A DNA stretch of 36,281 nt from Gammaproteobacteria bacterium RIFCSPLOWO2_02_FULL_56_15 (GCA_001801825.1 MGYR01000135.1:1-36281), one strand, 5' to 3'; shown: positions 1 through 9,508, counted from the first letter of the stretch. The notes: generated by a model from the letters alone, not told the origin. A program made the numbers and translations.

Positions 1-372
1 CTGCAAACCACTGGCTACCGCATGATCTTCGGCTTCGGAGAACGGCTCGGGTTCTATAACATTCAATTTGATCATGCCACCGGACTTCGCTGCATATTCC
101 CGCAACAGATCAGCAACCCGGTTGCCGTAGTTGATCATGGACGGGAATCCGTCCAGTGTTTTCCTGGAAAAATAAAAGTCCAGCTGCACCGGTTCATCCA
201 GAGCAGCCAGGATGTTTTCAGTGCCTTCTGAGAGGGTATAGAGTTTGGCTTCCGTCAAATCCAGACGCACTCCTGTAACACCGGTATTGACCAGGATGAT
301 GAGCGCGACTGCCAGAATCCCGGCTGGCAGCAATCCGGAACCCGACATGAACATGCTCTGTTTCATATTCAT
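1..372 (-). CDS. GldG-like ABC transporter auxiliary/substrate-binding component, N-terminal part (runs off the left edge)
   Basis: Not in the ORF track. Manual translation from ATG at 372 (AGGAG 7 nt upstream) gives MNMKQSMFMSGSGLLPAGILAVALIILVNTGVTGVRLDLTEAKLYTLSEGTENILAALDEPVQLDFYFS..., with a TM helix and the RxDLTxxKLYTLS motif of GldG-like proteins. Follows the GldF-like permease. Confidence 0.8.
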   Translation of the reverse strand, partial: MNMKQSMFMSGSGLLPAGILAVALIILVNTGVTGVRLDLTEAKLYTLSEGTENILAALDEPVQLDFYFSRKTLDGFPSMINYGNRVADLLREYAAKSGGMIKLNVIEPEPFSEAEDHAVASGLQ

Positions 373-382
373 GCTGACACTC

Positions 383-1117
383 CTATCCGCCCTTTTTCAT
401 ATCAATCACAACCACAGTCGCATACAGCCAGAACACGATAAGCACGGCGAAATAGACGATATCCCGCAGGTCGATAACGCCCTTGCTTATGGCACTGAAA
501 TGCGTGAGGAAACTGAAGGAGGCTACTGCATCAATAAGCGCCTGTGGCGCCCACGACTGGAACACGTTGAGGACCATGGGGAAACCGCTGAGCACAAAAA
601 GGAAACAGATCACCACGCTGATCACAAAAGCGATCACCTGGCTCCGGGTGAGGGCGGAGACGCATGAACCGATGGCCAGGAATCCACCAGCCATCAACAG
701 GCTCCCGGTATAGGCCGACAGGATGACAGTATTGTCCGGGTCTCCCAGATAATTCACCGTGATCCATATCGGGAAGCTCAGCACCAGCGCGACGGCGCTG
801 AACAACCAGGCTGCAACGAATTTCCCCACCACCGCTTCCGTGATGGTCACAGGCAGTGTCATCAGCAATTCTATGGTGCCGCTCTTGCGCTCCTCGGACC
901 AGAGTCGCATGGCGATGGCCGGCAGCAGGAAGAGGTACAGCCAGGGATGAAAGTTGAAGAAGGGATCCAGATCCGCCTGGTTTCGTTCGTAGAAGGAGCC
1001 GACATAGAAAGTGAAGATTCCCGTCATGAAAAGAAAAATGACAATAAAGACGTAAGCGACGGGCGTGGAAAAATACCCGTACAGCTCTCTCTTCGTTATA
1101 GCGATGATATTTCTCAT
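383..1117 (-). CDS. ABC-2 type permease, GldF-like
   Basis: 244 aa with about 6 hydrophobic segments. Motifs RELxxYFxTPVAY and MRLWSEERKSGTIELLMTLP. Overlaps the ATPase stop by 4 nt. Confidence 0.9.
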   Translation of the reverse strand: MRNIIAITKRELYGYFSTPVAYVFIVIFLFMTGIFTFYVGSFYERNQADLDPFFNFHPWLYLFLLPAIAMRLWSEERKSGTIELLMTLPVTITEAVVGKFVAAWLFSAVALVLSFPIWITVNYLGDPDNTVILSAYTGSLLMAGGFLAIGSCVSALTRSQVIAFVISVVICFLFVLSGFPMVLNVFQSWAPQALIDAVASFSFLTHFSAISKGVIDLRDIVYFAVLIVFWLYATVVVIDMKKGG

Positions 1118-1944
1118 CCGGCAAGCCCTGTGGCTTGCGCCGTGGTTATGCTGCGGAAGGCATCATCGATATCGTTGCGATCAGACTTGGCCCGTAATTC
1201 CCCTGGGGAACCATCAAACAGGATCTCTCCGGCGGAGATGATGATGGCCCGCGTACATACCGCGTCCACTTCCTCAAGAATATGCGTGGAAATAATGATG
1301 GCCTTGTTACTGGACATATTCTTGATGAGCGAACGGACCTCGTGCTTCTGGTTGGGATCCAGGCCATCGGTAGGTTCATCCATGATCAAAACATCGGGGT
1401 CGTGCAGGAATGCCTGGGCCAGGCCGACGCGACGCCTGTATCCCTTGGACAATGTCTCGATAGTCTGTTTGCGAACACTTCCCAGATTGATGATCCTGAT
1501 GATATCGGCGATACACTTGTCCCGTTCTGTTGAGTCAAATCCCCTGATTTCCGCGATAAATCGCAGAAACTTCTCGACCGTCATCTCCCCATAGGAAGGC
1601 GCACCCTCCGGAAGATAGCCAATCCTCGCTTTAACACCGACCGGGTCATCGATGACGTTAAGGTTATTTACCAGGACTGTGCCCCCATCGGGTCTGAGAA
1701 AGCCCGCAATCATCTTCATGGTTGTCGATTTACCAGCGCCGTTCGGCCCAAGAAAACCCAGAACTTCCCCATGATCCACGCTGAAGGAGATCTTTCTCAC
1801 CGCGTGAATCGGGCCGAAGTACTTGTCCAGTGATTTGACTTCTATTGCAGGTCTGTTATCAGGCATGGGACTGCGTAGTAGGCTTCTTAACTCTGTCCGA
1901 TCAGGTAGCCGCCGGTCCACCGGCATGGCCGGTATATTTTCCAT
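1114..1944 (-). CDS. ABC transporter ATP-binding protein, GldA-like (true start may be ATG at 1866, MPDNRPAIEV)
   Basis: Walker A GPNGAGKST, signature LSKGYRRR, Walker B LIMDEPT, H-loop STH. Confidence 0.92.
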   Translation of the reverse strand: MENIPAMPVDRRLPDRTELRSLLRSPMPDNRPAIEVKSLDKYFGPIHAVRKISFSVDHGEVLGFLGPNGAGKSTTMKMIAGFLRPDGGTVLVNNLNVIDDPVGVKARIGYLPEGAPSYGEMTVEKFLRFIAEIRGFDSTERDKCIADIIRIINLGSVRKQTIETLSKGYRRRVGLAQAFLHDPDVLIMDEPTDGLDPNQKHEVRSLIKNMSSNKAIIISTHILEEVDAVCTRAIIISAGEILFDGSPGELRAKSDRNDIDDAFRSITTAQATGLAG

Positions 1945-2023
1945 AAATAATCACGAGCGTCAATCTATCGTAGACCGGTCATCGGATCTATCCTGTTCTT
2001 GCACGAAAAACTGTACATCTATT

Positions 2024-2890
2024 TTATTCCTCACCAGACTTTTTTTTCAGCCGGTAGAGCGCAGAGATATCCTCATCTCCATAGCCTTCATCCATCAACC
2101 GTCGATACTGCTGTATTGTCATCTCGATTATCGGCAAGGACAGACCGTGGTTAGCTGCCGTATCCGTGCAGATCAGCAGGTCCTTATGATGCAGTCTCAG
2201 CTTGAATCCCCTGGCGTATTCCCCGGCCAGCATGGTCTTCCCGCGATGATCAAGAAACCAGTTGGCTGCGGCGCCGTTCGCCACCACCTCGATGACCCGC
2301 TCCATATCCAGTTCCAGTGCAACGCCGAACGCCAGTGCATCGGTGACAGCCTGGTTGATGCCGGCAACCATGATCTGATTGACAGCCTTGCATGCCTGAC
2401 CACAGCCAACCGGCCCCACATGTATAATCCTGGCGGCTACCGCACTAAGGGTCTCCAGGGCTCGTTCGAGCACAGATTCATCACCTCCCACCATCATAGC
2501 CAGCGTGCCGGCAGACGCACCTTCCACACCGCCGGTTACCGGTGCGTCCAGAAAGCAAGCCTGCCTGGAACCCAGGATAGAGGCGGCCTTGCGGGCCGTG
2601 GTGCTGCTAACCGTCGATGTATCCACTACGATCGTTCCAGCCCCTACCGTTCCGGCAATCCTGGCCGTTACCTCAAGGACATCCGGATCCGCCGAGATGC
2701 AAATCAGGATCAATTCGCATGCAGCGGCGAGGTCTTCGATGGATGCCGCAATACCGACTCCCGTTTCTGCGGCCAGTCTTTCCGCACGGGAGCGGGTCCG
2801 GTTCCAGACCATGTGCAAGTTGCCTGCCCGGTTTAGGTTGAGGGCCATAGCTGCACCCATGGACCCCAGTCCGATGATTCCGGCCTTCAT
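2024..2890 (-). CDS. NAD(P)-dependent beta-hydroxyacid dehydrogenase (3-hydroxyisobutyrate dehydrogenase / tartronate semialdehyde reductase family)
   Basis: GIIGLGSMG Rossmann motif, FLDAPVTGG, catalytic K in CKAVNQ, FKLRLHHKDL. AGGAGG SD upstream. Confidence 0.9.
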   Translation of the reverse strand: MKAGIIGLGSMGAAMALNLNRAGNLHMVWNRTRSRAERLAAETGVGIAASIEDLAAACELILICISADPDVLEVTARIAGTVGAGTIVVDTSTVSSTTARKAASILGSRQACFLDAPVTGGVEGASAGTLAMMVGGDESVLERALETLSAVAARIIHVGPVGCGQACKAVNQIMVAGINQAVTDALAFGVALELDMERVIEVVANGAAANWFLDHRGKTMLAGEYARGFKLRLHHKDLLICTDTAANHGLSLPIIEMTIQQYRRLMDEGYGDEDISALYRLKKKSGEE

Positions 2891-2972
2891 GTCAAGATCC
2901 TCCTGATCCTATAGATGGACGAACTGTATCAACCCTGCGAGTAGGTAACCCTGAGTATGGGCTGGAAGAACT

Positions 2973-4385
2973 TCAGGTACCGGCGGAATATTGTTTGGCG
3001 ATTACTTCTGCGACACAACAACTCAGTTTCTTTGCCGTGGGTATGTGAAGAAACTCATTGGGTCCGTGGGCGTTGGCTTGCGGCCCCAGCACGCCGGTGA
3101 TAAGAAACTGGGCCTCTGGAAACCGTTCCCCGAGCATTCCCATGAAAGGGATGGTGCCACCCTCACCCATATGCACTGCTGCTTTTCCGAAATAATTTAT
3201 TGATGCCTGGTTCAGCGCCTCATCAAGCCATGGCAACATTTCCGGGGCATGCCAACCACTGGAACTCCAGTCGGCCTTGAAAGTCACCCGGGCGCTGTAA
3301 GGCGGGTCTTCCTCCAGTAATTGCCGTAATCGCTCTACCGCGGCATCGGCATCGCAGGTGGGCGGCAGCCGCAATGAGACCTTCACGGTTGTATAGGGGC
3401 GCAATACATTACCCGCCCGATCCACTTCCGGGATTCCACTGATACCCGTTATTGAAAGAGCCGGGCGCCAGGTCCGATTCAGGATCAACTCGACCGGATC
3501 CACGGTCACTGGCTGCATACCATCGATAAACGGGAATCGGCGATGGATCTGTAGTCCCAATACGGCAGCAGCTACGGCAGCCTGCCGCATACGCTCCCTA
3601 GGAATATCCGCTTTGAATTTTTCCTCCAGCACAATACCACTACGGTAGTTGTCGATACGGTTCAGTAAGGTGCGCAGGATGCGGAAACTGGATGGCACAA
3701 TCCCACTGGCATCCCCGGAATGGACTCCCTCGCGCAAAACATCAATCCGCAGTTCACCGCCAACGAGACCTCGCAGAGAGGTGGTATTCCAGAGCTGTTC
3801 ATAATTGCCACAACCGGAATCCAGGCAGATTATCAGAGAAGGCTTGCCGCAGCGACCCGCCAACAGTTCAATATAGGCAGGCAGATCAAAGCTGCCACTC
3901 TCCTCGCAGGCTTCAATAATAATGATGCACCGGCTTCTGTTCACGCCCTGATCAAGCAACGATTCGATCGCGATAAGCGCCGCAAACATGGCGTATCCGT
4001 CATCCGCACCACCCCGACCGTAGAGCCTGTCACCTTCTATGACCGGCTGCCAGGGCCCGAGATCAGGGCGCCATCCGGTCATCTCCGGCTGCTTGTCCAG
4101 GTGACCATAGAGAAGTATGGTTTGATCGCCTACGCCCGGTATATCAATAAAGAGCAGCGGAGTCCGTCCAGGCAAGCGCAATACCTCCAGTTCCAGTCCG
4201 GGGATTTTGCGGGAGCGACACCAGGCGCTAAACCGCTCCACAGCCTGATCCATGTAACCGTGTTCTTGCCAGTCAGGATCGAAACCAGGCGAGAGATTGG
4301 GGATCCTGATATATTCCATGAGTTCCGGGATCGCCATGGAATCCCAGCTCTGGTTGCAGTAAGCAATGGTTCTGCGTGTGTCCAT
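2973..4385 (-). CDS. M20 family metallopeptidase (dipeptidase-like)
   Basis: YGHLDKQP, LYGRGGADD, EACEESGS and AHGPNE metal-binding motifs. Confidence 0.92.
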   Translation of the reverse strand: MDTRRTIAYCNQSWDSMAIPELMEYIRIPNLSPGFDPDWQEHGYMDQAVERFSAWCRSRKIPGLELEVLRLPGRTPLLFIDIPGVGDQTILLYGHLDKQPEMTGWRPDLGPWQPVIEGDRLYGRGGADDGYAMFAALIAIESLLDQGVNRSRCIIIIEACEESGSFDLPAYIELLAGRCGKPSLIICLDSGCGNYEQLWNTTSLRGLVGGELRIDVLREGVHSGDASGIVPSSFRILRTLLNRIDNYRSGIVLEEKFKADIPRERMRQAAVAAAVLGLQIHRRFPFIDGMQPVTVDPVELILNRTWRPALSITGISGIPEVDRAGNVLRPYTTVKVSLRLPPTCDADAAVERLRQLLEEDPPYSARVTFKADWSSSGWHAPEMLPWLDEALNQASINYFGKAAVHMGEGGTIPFMGMLGERFPEAQFLITGVLGPQANAHGPNEFLHIPTAKKLSCCVAEVIAKQYSAGT

Positions 4386-4515
4386 GACGCTAGTCTACCG
4401 CCAAGCGGCATGAAGTTATATCAAACCACAGGAATTGACTGACCGGGAGGCCGCCCACCAGGTACTCCGGCAGTCTGCTCATGACCGGTGGCGGGAGGCG
4501 GAGTGCGAGGCTTCA

Positions 4516-5655
4516 TTATCTCCACAAATCCAGGCCGCGACGGAGGAGATCGGCGACCACTTGGTGACCATCATGGGTATAATGCCCTTCGTTGGGGAAG
4601 AACCAGTCCGGCTTGTCCCCGGATTTGTACCGCTCGCGCATGGGCGCTGCAATATCCACAGTAACAAGTCCACTATCCGCCGCTACGCCAAGAATAAATA
4701 ACCGTACATGATCCTGGAACAGGGCAGAAGGGGATGCTGGTCTGGTGACATAGGACATGCCCGGCAACAGTACGAGAGCCAATCGGCTGCCCTGTCCCGC
4801 AGTGTACTCGCCCATCTCCCGGATGATGGCCGCCAGGAGGCGCCGCTGCTCCACTAGTCGTGCGTCCAGGATGCCCTGAATCTTTGTACCTTCGAAGTGG
4901 GGATCCGGCAACAGTCGGTCAAGCAAACGGCTCGAGCTCAGGATACGCGAAAGCGGGTTCTGCATTCTCGCCAACTCTGTTCCATATACCACGGACTCAA
5001 GGGAGGATTCCGCCACTACCCCCGACGCTTGCCCGCTTGGGACGGGCACATTCTGCAATCTCAGTTGACCACCTTCCTCCAATCTATAGAAGGGCTTGGC
5101 CTGTTCCACCTGTAACGGGACGGACAGCATATTATCGATGATATCGTTACCCAGGTACAGGAACAGCAGGTAGAGATCCGGCTGAAAGCTGCTGACAACT
5201 TCCTGCTGCAACAGGTATTCCTGGTCGGTGCTGTACCCGGGTACCCCGAAATTGAGATATTCCGTTGCTGGGTCTTGTTCCGCCATGCGCACGGCAAAAG
5301 TCTCTGCCTCGTTGACACCGAGTCCGAAGGTAAAACTGTCACCGAGGAGTGCCACCCGCCTGCGGTCCGACCTCCCGCTTGATACCGGCTGGCCGCGAAA
5401 GCCAAAGTAATTGACCTGATAGTCTGCGCTGAAATCATGATGCCGGTGACTGCCCCGCCACCCCGGGTTCAGGACCCATCCCAAGCGTGGATGGTAACGC
5501 AACAGCCCGGGATCTAAGACTGAACTCGCGCTGATAGTCTGTTCGTACCATCGCCAGGCTAACTCTGCGGCCAGGAGCGACACGAGGGCACTGAACAGTA
5601 GGGTCGTGGATGCCAGAAACCACAGGCGCGCCCCACGCAGATGCGCAGTCCTCAT
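4516..5655 (-). CDS. Membrane-anchored SGNH/GDSL hydrolase family protein
   Basis: N-terminal TM helix, block I GDSFTFG, block II NFGVPGY, block III GND, C-terminal EGHY His motif. Confidence 0.85.
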   Translation of the reverse strand: MRTAHLRGARLWFLASTTLLFSALVSLLAAELAWRWYEQTISASSVLDPGLLRYHPRLGWVLNPGWRGSHRHHDFSADYQVNYFGFRGQPVSSGRSDRRRVALLGDSFTFGLGVNEAETFAVRMAEQDPATEYLNFGVPGYSTDQEYLLQQEVVSSFQPDLYLLFLYLGNDIIDNMLSVPLQVEQAKPFYRLEEGGQLRLQNVPVPSGQASGVVAESSLESVVYGTELARMQNPLSRILSSSRLLDRLLPDPHFEGTKIQGILDARLVEQRRLLAAIIREMGEYTAGQGSRLALVLLPGMSYVTRPASPSALFQDHVRLFILGVAADSGLVTVDIAAPMRERYKSGDKPDWFFPNEGHYTHDGHQVVADLLRRGLDLWR

Positions 5656-5891
5656 GGCCTATCCATCAAGTTGGTCCTGCCGCAGGATGGTAGAGACGGC
5701 AAAACTGCTTCATTGAAGCAGAAGTTGGTGAGCATATTCACATTTCTGCAAAATAAGCAGCTGAAACTCATGCCCGGTACAGATACAGAGGTGACGGTAC
5801 TTTTTATATCCTTTCATCCTGATCATAAATATAACATTCTGTATTTCCTATGAATTATTCCATTCTCCGCACAAGATTACACGAATGCTTT

Positions 5892-5908
5892 TGTCGTGTT
5901 TCTTTACA
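5892..5908 (+). promoter_or_regulatory. TGT-N11-ACA enhancer-binding site (PrsR / PEP-CTERM box-like), copy 1
   Basis: TGTCGTGTTTCTTTACA, sharing TGTCG-N6-TTTACA with copy 2, upstream of a PEP-CTERM gene. Confidence 0.6.
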
Positions 5909-6007
5909 GATCCAGACTGTTTTTGCAAAACATAATCTAACTTACTGGTTTAAATGGATTATCTATAAAAATAGGGCTTTTTTTGGATACCCATACATGG
6001 GAATAGG

Positions 6008-6024
6008 TGTCGGTTTTTTTTACA
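6008..6024 (+). promoter_or_regulatory. TGT-N11-ACA enhancer-binding site (PrsR / PEP-CTERM box-like), copy 2
   Basis: TGTCGGTTTTTTTTACA, about 75 bp upstream of the sigma54 -24 element across an AT-rich spacer. Confidence 0.7.
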
Positions 6025-6097
6025 AAATTATCAGAACTCCAAAGATTCAGAAGGTGTAAAACCGATATCTTACTGTTTTTAATTAATAAATAATTTA

Positions 6098-6113
6098 TGG
6101 CTTATATATTGCA
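6098..6113 (+). promoter_or_regulatory. Sigma54 (-24/-12) promoter
   Basis: TGGCTTATATATTGCA = GG-N10-GC with TTGCA at -12, about 65 bp upstream of the PEP-CTERM start. Confidence 0.7.
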
Positions 6114-6177
6114 TCCTATCTCGACATGGGTGAATGCAATTGCATGCGCCTGCTGTGAGCATCGTTTAGGAGTGTAT

Positions 6178-7023
6178 ATGAAGAATCAATGCCGTGTACT
6201 CACCGTCTTGTTCGGATGCGTGTTGTGCACTGCTACCATGGCAGGACCGCTTTCGGTTTGGGATTCCACCTGGACGCAATTCCAGGATGATACCCCGATA
6301 GAGGACTATATCGGGGGAGGGGGCTTTGTCGATCCCGGTTGGGGTGGACAGGCGTTTGATGCGGAATATCTGTTCTACAAGATTGAAGGGAATACCCTGT
6401 ATCTAGGTCTTCAAACTGGATTCAATATTGTAACGGGCACCCAAGAAGTTTCAGGGAAAAAATATTATTCCGGAGACCTCGCCTTGTCTTTTGATGGGGA
6501 TGTAAGTGGCGCCAATGGCGCCGGCTATGAATATGGAATCGATTTTGGGCTCCTCACAAGAGATTATGATGGCAATGATTATGTAGATATGGGTACGGGT
6601 ACCGGCGTAGACGGTTCAGGCTTATATACCGCTACGTTATGGAATAACGATATGGTTAATTCCTTCGAAAGTGTATCAACGCCCTTCGCACTGGATGCCG
6701 GCTCCTTTAGCCGAAACCTCTTGTCGAATAGCTTTGGCTCAGGTAACAACGGCGGCCTCAGCTACTACCGGATGGTCTCATTCGACATCAGCGGACTACC
6801 TGGGCTGACTGGGTATAACTATATTGATGTGCACTGGACCATGTCCTGTGGTAATGACAATATCAACGGCCGGTTTAAGGTGCCGGAACCTGCCGGAGTT
6901 GTTCTGATGGGACTGGGCCTGCTCGGATTAGCGGCGACTAGTCTACGGCGCAGGAGAATGTCAGAGCTTGCCCTCCGGTTGCCGTCTAACCATCCTTTTA
7001 CAATCGGATCACGGCAAAATTAA
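6178..7023 (+). CDS. PEP-CTERM sorting-domain surface protein
   Basis: Start moved from 6097 to ATG 6178 (AGGAG at 6168-6172). Signal peptide MKNQCRVLTVLFGCVLCTATMA, Gly/Asp/Ser-rich body, then VPEPAGVVLMGLGLLGLAATSLRRRR. Confidence 0.9.
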   Translation: MKNQCRVLTVLFGCVLCTATMAGPLSVWDSTWTQFQDDTPIEDYIGGGGFVDPGWGGQAFDAEYLFYKIEGNTLYLGLQTGFNIVTGTQEVSGKKYYSGDLALSFDGDVSGANGAGYEYGIDFGLLTRDYDGNDYVDMGTGTGVDGSGLYTATLWNNDMVNSFESVSTPFALDAGSFSRNLLSNSFGSGNNGGLSYYRMVSFDISGLPGLTGYNYIDVHWTMSCGNDNINGRFKVPEPAGVVLMGLGLLGLAATSLRRRRMSELALRLPSNHPFTIGSRQN

Positions 7024-7074
7024 TAGCTGAATTCTCTGCAGGTATGCATGGATGCATAAATACTCAAAGGAAAC

Positions 7075-7111
7075 AAAAGACCAGATGTCTCGCGGACATC
7101 TGGTCTTTTTT
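7075..7111. terminator. Intrinsic terminator, probably bidirectional
   Basis: Perfect 15-bp inverted repeat AAAAGACCAGATGTC-tcgcg-GACATCTGGTCTTTT with a T-run on the 3' side and an A-run on the 5' side. Confidence 0.8.
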
Positions 7112-7204
7112 ATTTATGCAACTCCCGATCGCCTGAGCTGATAAACATGCCGGATTGATGATTTCCACCCAGTAGTTTTCTTTCACCTTAACAAGGAGGT
7201 TACC

Positions 7205-7873
7205 ATGAAAAATCGTTGTTTTTTATTCATCAGTTTTATACTTTCATTCCAGTTGTTCCTGCCCACCAGCGCCACCCCGGTCATTATCAATGAGGTCCTC
7301 TTCGATGGGCCCGGCAGCGATGCGGATGATGTTTTTACCGAACTCTACGGTACACCGGGCCTGGTACTGGATGGCTGGTCTCTGAAAGGTACTAATGGTG
7401 AAAATGGGCTAATCTACCGTAGTATTGATTTGAGTGGCGCCACGATCCCGGACAATGGCTACCTGCTGATTACCACAGCGTCGGCAAACTTGGCGCTAGC
7501 AATGCTGACGGACTTCATCGCCAATGTGGACTGGCAAAACGGTCCCGATTCCATCCAGTTACTCGATCCATACGGGGATATTATTGACGCCTTGCAATAT
7601 GGTGATGCCGGCATATATAACCGGGGAGAAGGACTACCGGCCTTATTGCCGGGTATCGGTCACAGTCTCTCCAGGATACTTCCCAGCCTGGATACCGATA
7701 ATAATCTCAGCGACTTCATTGAGCTGACACTGCCTACGCCCGGTACGGGGCCACTTGCAAACCAGGTCCCTGAACCCAACAGTATGGGTATATTTTTGAT
7801 CGGTATCGCAGCCTTTCTATCCATGTATCGAGGCGCCTATCTTCGTCAGAACTCATCCATGCTGTACAGGTAG
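7205..7873 (+). CDS. Lamin-tail-domain (LTD) PEP-CTERM protein
   Basis: AAGGAGG SD, signal peptide, LTD signature VIINEVLFDGPGSDADDVFTELYG...QNGPDSIQL...DTDNNLSDF...PTPG, then VPEP plus TM and basic tail. Confidence 0.85.
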   Translation: MKNRCFLFISFILSFQLFLPTSATPVIINEVLFDGPGSDADDVFTELYGTPGLVLDGWSLKGTNGENGLIYRSIDLSGATIPDNGYLLITTASANLALAMLTDFIANVDWQNGPDSIQLLDPYGDIIDALQYGDAGIYNRGEGLPALLPGIGHSLSRILPSLDTDNNLSDFIELTLPTPGTGPLANQVPEPNSMGIFLIGIAAFLSMYRGAYLRQNSSMLYR

Positions 7874-7894
7874 GTAGTATCCCTCTGCCATATA

Positions 7895-7923
7895 CACCCA
7901 CCCCGGGGAACTCGGGGTGGGTG
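7895..7923. terminator. GC-rich hairpin between convergent genes
   Basis: CACCCACCCCG-gggaact-CGGGGTGGGTG, a perfect 11-bp stem. No clear U-tract. Confidence 0.5.
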
Positions 7924-7941
7924 ATCTGGCTATGCGACTCA

Positions 7942-8745
7942 TCAGATGAACGTGGCGATCAGCAGGATCCCCAGCAGAAAACGGTAGATGACATAGGGCA
8001 ACATCCCGGTTCGCTCCAGAAATCCCAGGAATAGATTGATGGTAAGCCAGGCGGTTAGGCCTGAGCTAATAACGATTACCCATGTTGCTGTCCAATCGAT
8101 AACCATCTGTTCGATGAAGTACCGATAAGCTTCATAAGAACCTGCCATCAGGGTGACCGGTATTGACATAAGAAAGGAGAAGCGGGCCGAACTGCGCCGA
8201 TCCAGCCCCAGCCAAAGACCCGCCGTCATGGTCACCCCGGAGCGGGAAGTGCCTGGCATGATGGATAACAACTGGGCCAATCCCAGAATCAGGACATCCT
8301 TCATGCGGAGAGCGTCCATCCTGCGCAATCCCTTTGACCTGTGATCCGCCCACCAGAGGAGGGCTCCAAATACCAAGTTGGTACCGGCAATCAAGAGCGG
8401 ATTGCGAAACGCGGTGGAGACGATGTCGTATAGCAGATAACCTCCTGCGACTACCGGGATACTGGCAATGACGAGATACCAGAACATTCGACTCTCATAA
8501 TCCCGACGCCCGTGGATAACTCCTTCCAGCCCTGCAACTGTGATGACTTTCAGATCACGACGCAGATAAATGAGCACGGCAGCGAGAGTGCCTATATGTG
8601 CTGCGATGTCGTTCCCCAGTCCCTGATCCGGCCAATGCAGAATTTGAGGTAACAGAATCAGGTGGGCGGAGCTCGATATAGGGAGGAACTCTGTCAATCC
8701 CTGGACTATCCCCAGCAGTAGTAGTTGCAGCAGGTCCATCGTCAA
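7942..8745 (-). CDS. uppP: Undecaprenyl-diphosphate phosphatase
   Basis: QGLTEFLPISSSAH, PGTSRSGVT and ARFSFLMSIP motifs. Confidence 0.95.
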   Translation of the reverse strand: MTMDLLQLLLLGIVQGLTEFLPISSSAHLILLPQILHWPDQGLGNDIAAHIGTLAAVLIYLRRDLKVITVAGLEGVIHGRRDYESRMFWYLVIASIPVVAGGYLLYDIVSTAFRNPLLIAGTNLVFGALLWWADHRSKGLRRMDALRMKDVLILGLAQLLSIMPGTSRSGVTMTAGLWLGLDRRSSARFSFLMSIPVTLMAGSYEAYRYFIEQMVIDWTATWVIVISSGLTAWLTINLFLGFLERTGMLPYVIYRFLLGILLIATFI

Positions 8746-8773
8746 GGCTCCATTCTAAATCTCTGAAAGATGC

Positions 8774-9505
8774 TTATGGTATCGGGAGGAATACCGCTGT
8801 GGCCATCCTCTGGATCACTTTTCTTATCATCCGGTTGTTCTTTCCCGCCAGAACTAAGGCCATGGTATCCTGTAAAGCAATCAGCTTGCCGAAAAGTCTT
8901 TCATAACTGAGATTTTCTATCTCTCCGGGCAAGGAATTGCTGTACACCAGCGGCTCCCCCTGGTGATCCCGTGCATGACTGAGCTTCCACACAGCCAGTT
9001 CGATGTTTCTCGCACTGTTATAGAGTGCCTGCGAGTCAATGCTGTCATAGAGAAAAAATTCTGTCTTGTAGCGGTAGGACGCCATGACCATGGACATCAG
9101 ACCTACTACGTAACAGAAAACCCGATCCCCTCTATATCCGGGTGACAGCGAAAGTTCAATCGCCTCGGCCCCGTAGATCCCGTCAAGTTCCTCGAAATTC
9201 CAGTTGCTGGTCCGGCTGATAATCCGGTTGATATTCTCTCCGGCATCAGGGTGGGGCGATTTTACAAGTTCACGGGGATTTCGTTTGTAAAGTTTTTCCA
9301 TCAAGGACTGTAGATAGGAACGTGCTTCCCGCACATTGACCTCCATAACCTGATTCATATCCGACTTGACTAGGGAACGCAGTCTGAATTGATCCGTTTT
9401 TGGACCATCGGCATCAGGCCGTAACGTGCTACAAGCCGAGACTATAACCAAAAGTAGAAATATAAGGTATCGTTCGTTCCCGGAATCGCGTATAGATGAC
9501 GCCAT
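8774..9505 (-). CDS. Hypothetical lipoprotein
   Basis: Hydrophobic signal ending in lipobox VSAC. Tightly packed between the methyltransferase and uppP. Confidence 0.7.
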   Translation of the reverse strand: MASSIRDSGNERYLIFLLLVIVSACSTLRPDADGPKTDQFRLRSLVKSDMNQVMEVNVREARSYLQSLMEKLYKRNPRELVKSPHPDAGENINRIISRTSNWNFEELDGIYGAEAIELSLSPGYRGDRVFCYVVGLMSMVMASYRYKTEFFLYDSIDSQALYNSARNIELAVWKLSHARDHQGEPLVYSNSLPGEIENLSYERLFGKLIALQDTMALVLAGKNNRMIRKVIQRMATAVFLPIP

Positions 9506-9508
9506 CAG

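Noticed and set aside
1823..2836. 337-aa plus-strand ORF
   Set aside because: Antisense shadow of the dehydrogenase, with no motifs or SD.
3720..4442. 240-aa plus-strand ORF
   Set aside because: Antisense to the M20 peptidase, with no recognisable features.
6097..6177. Track start of the PEP-CTERM ORF at 6097
   Set aside because: It overlaps the sigma54 promoter, and the SD and signal peptide fit ATG 6178.
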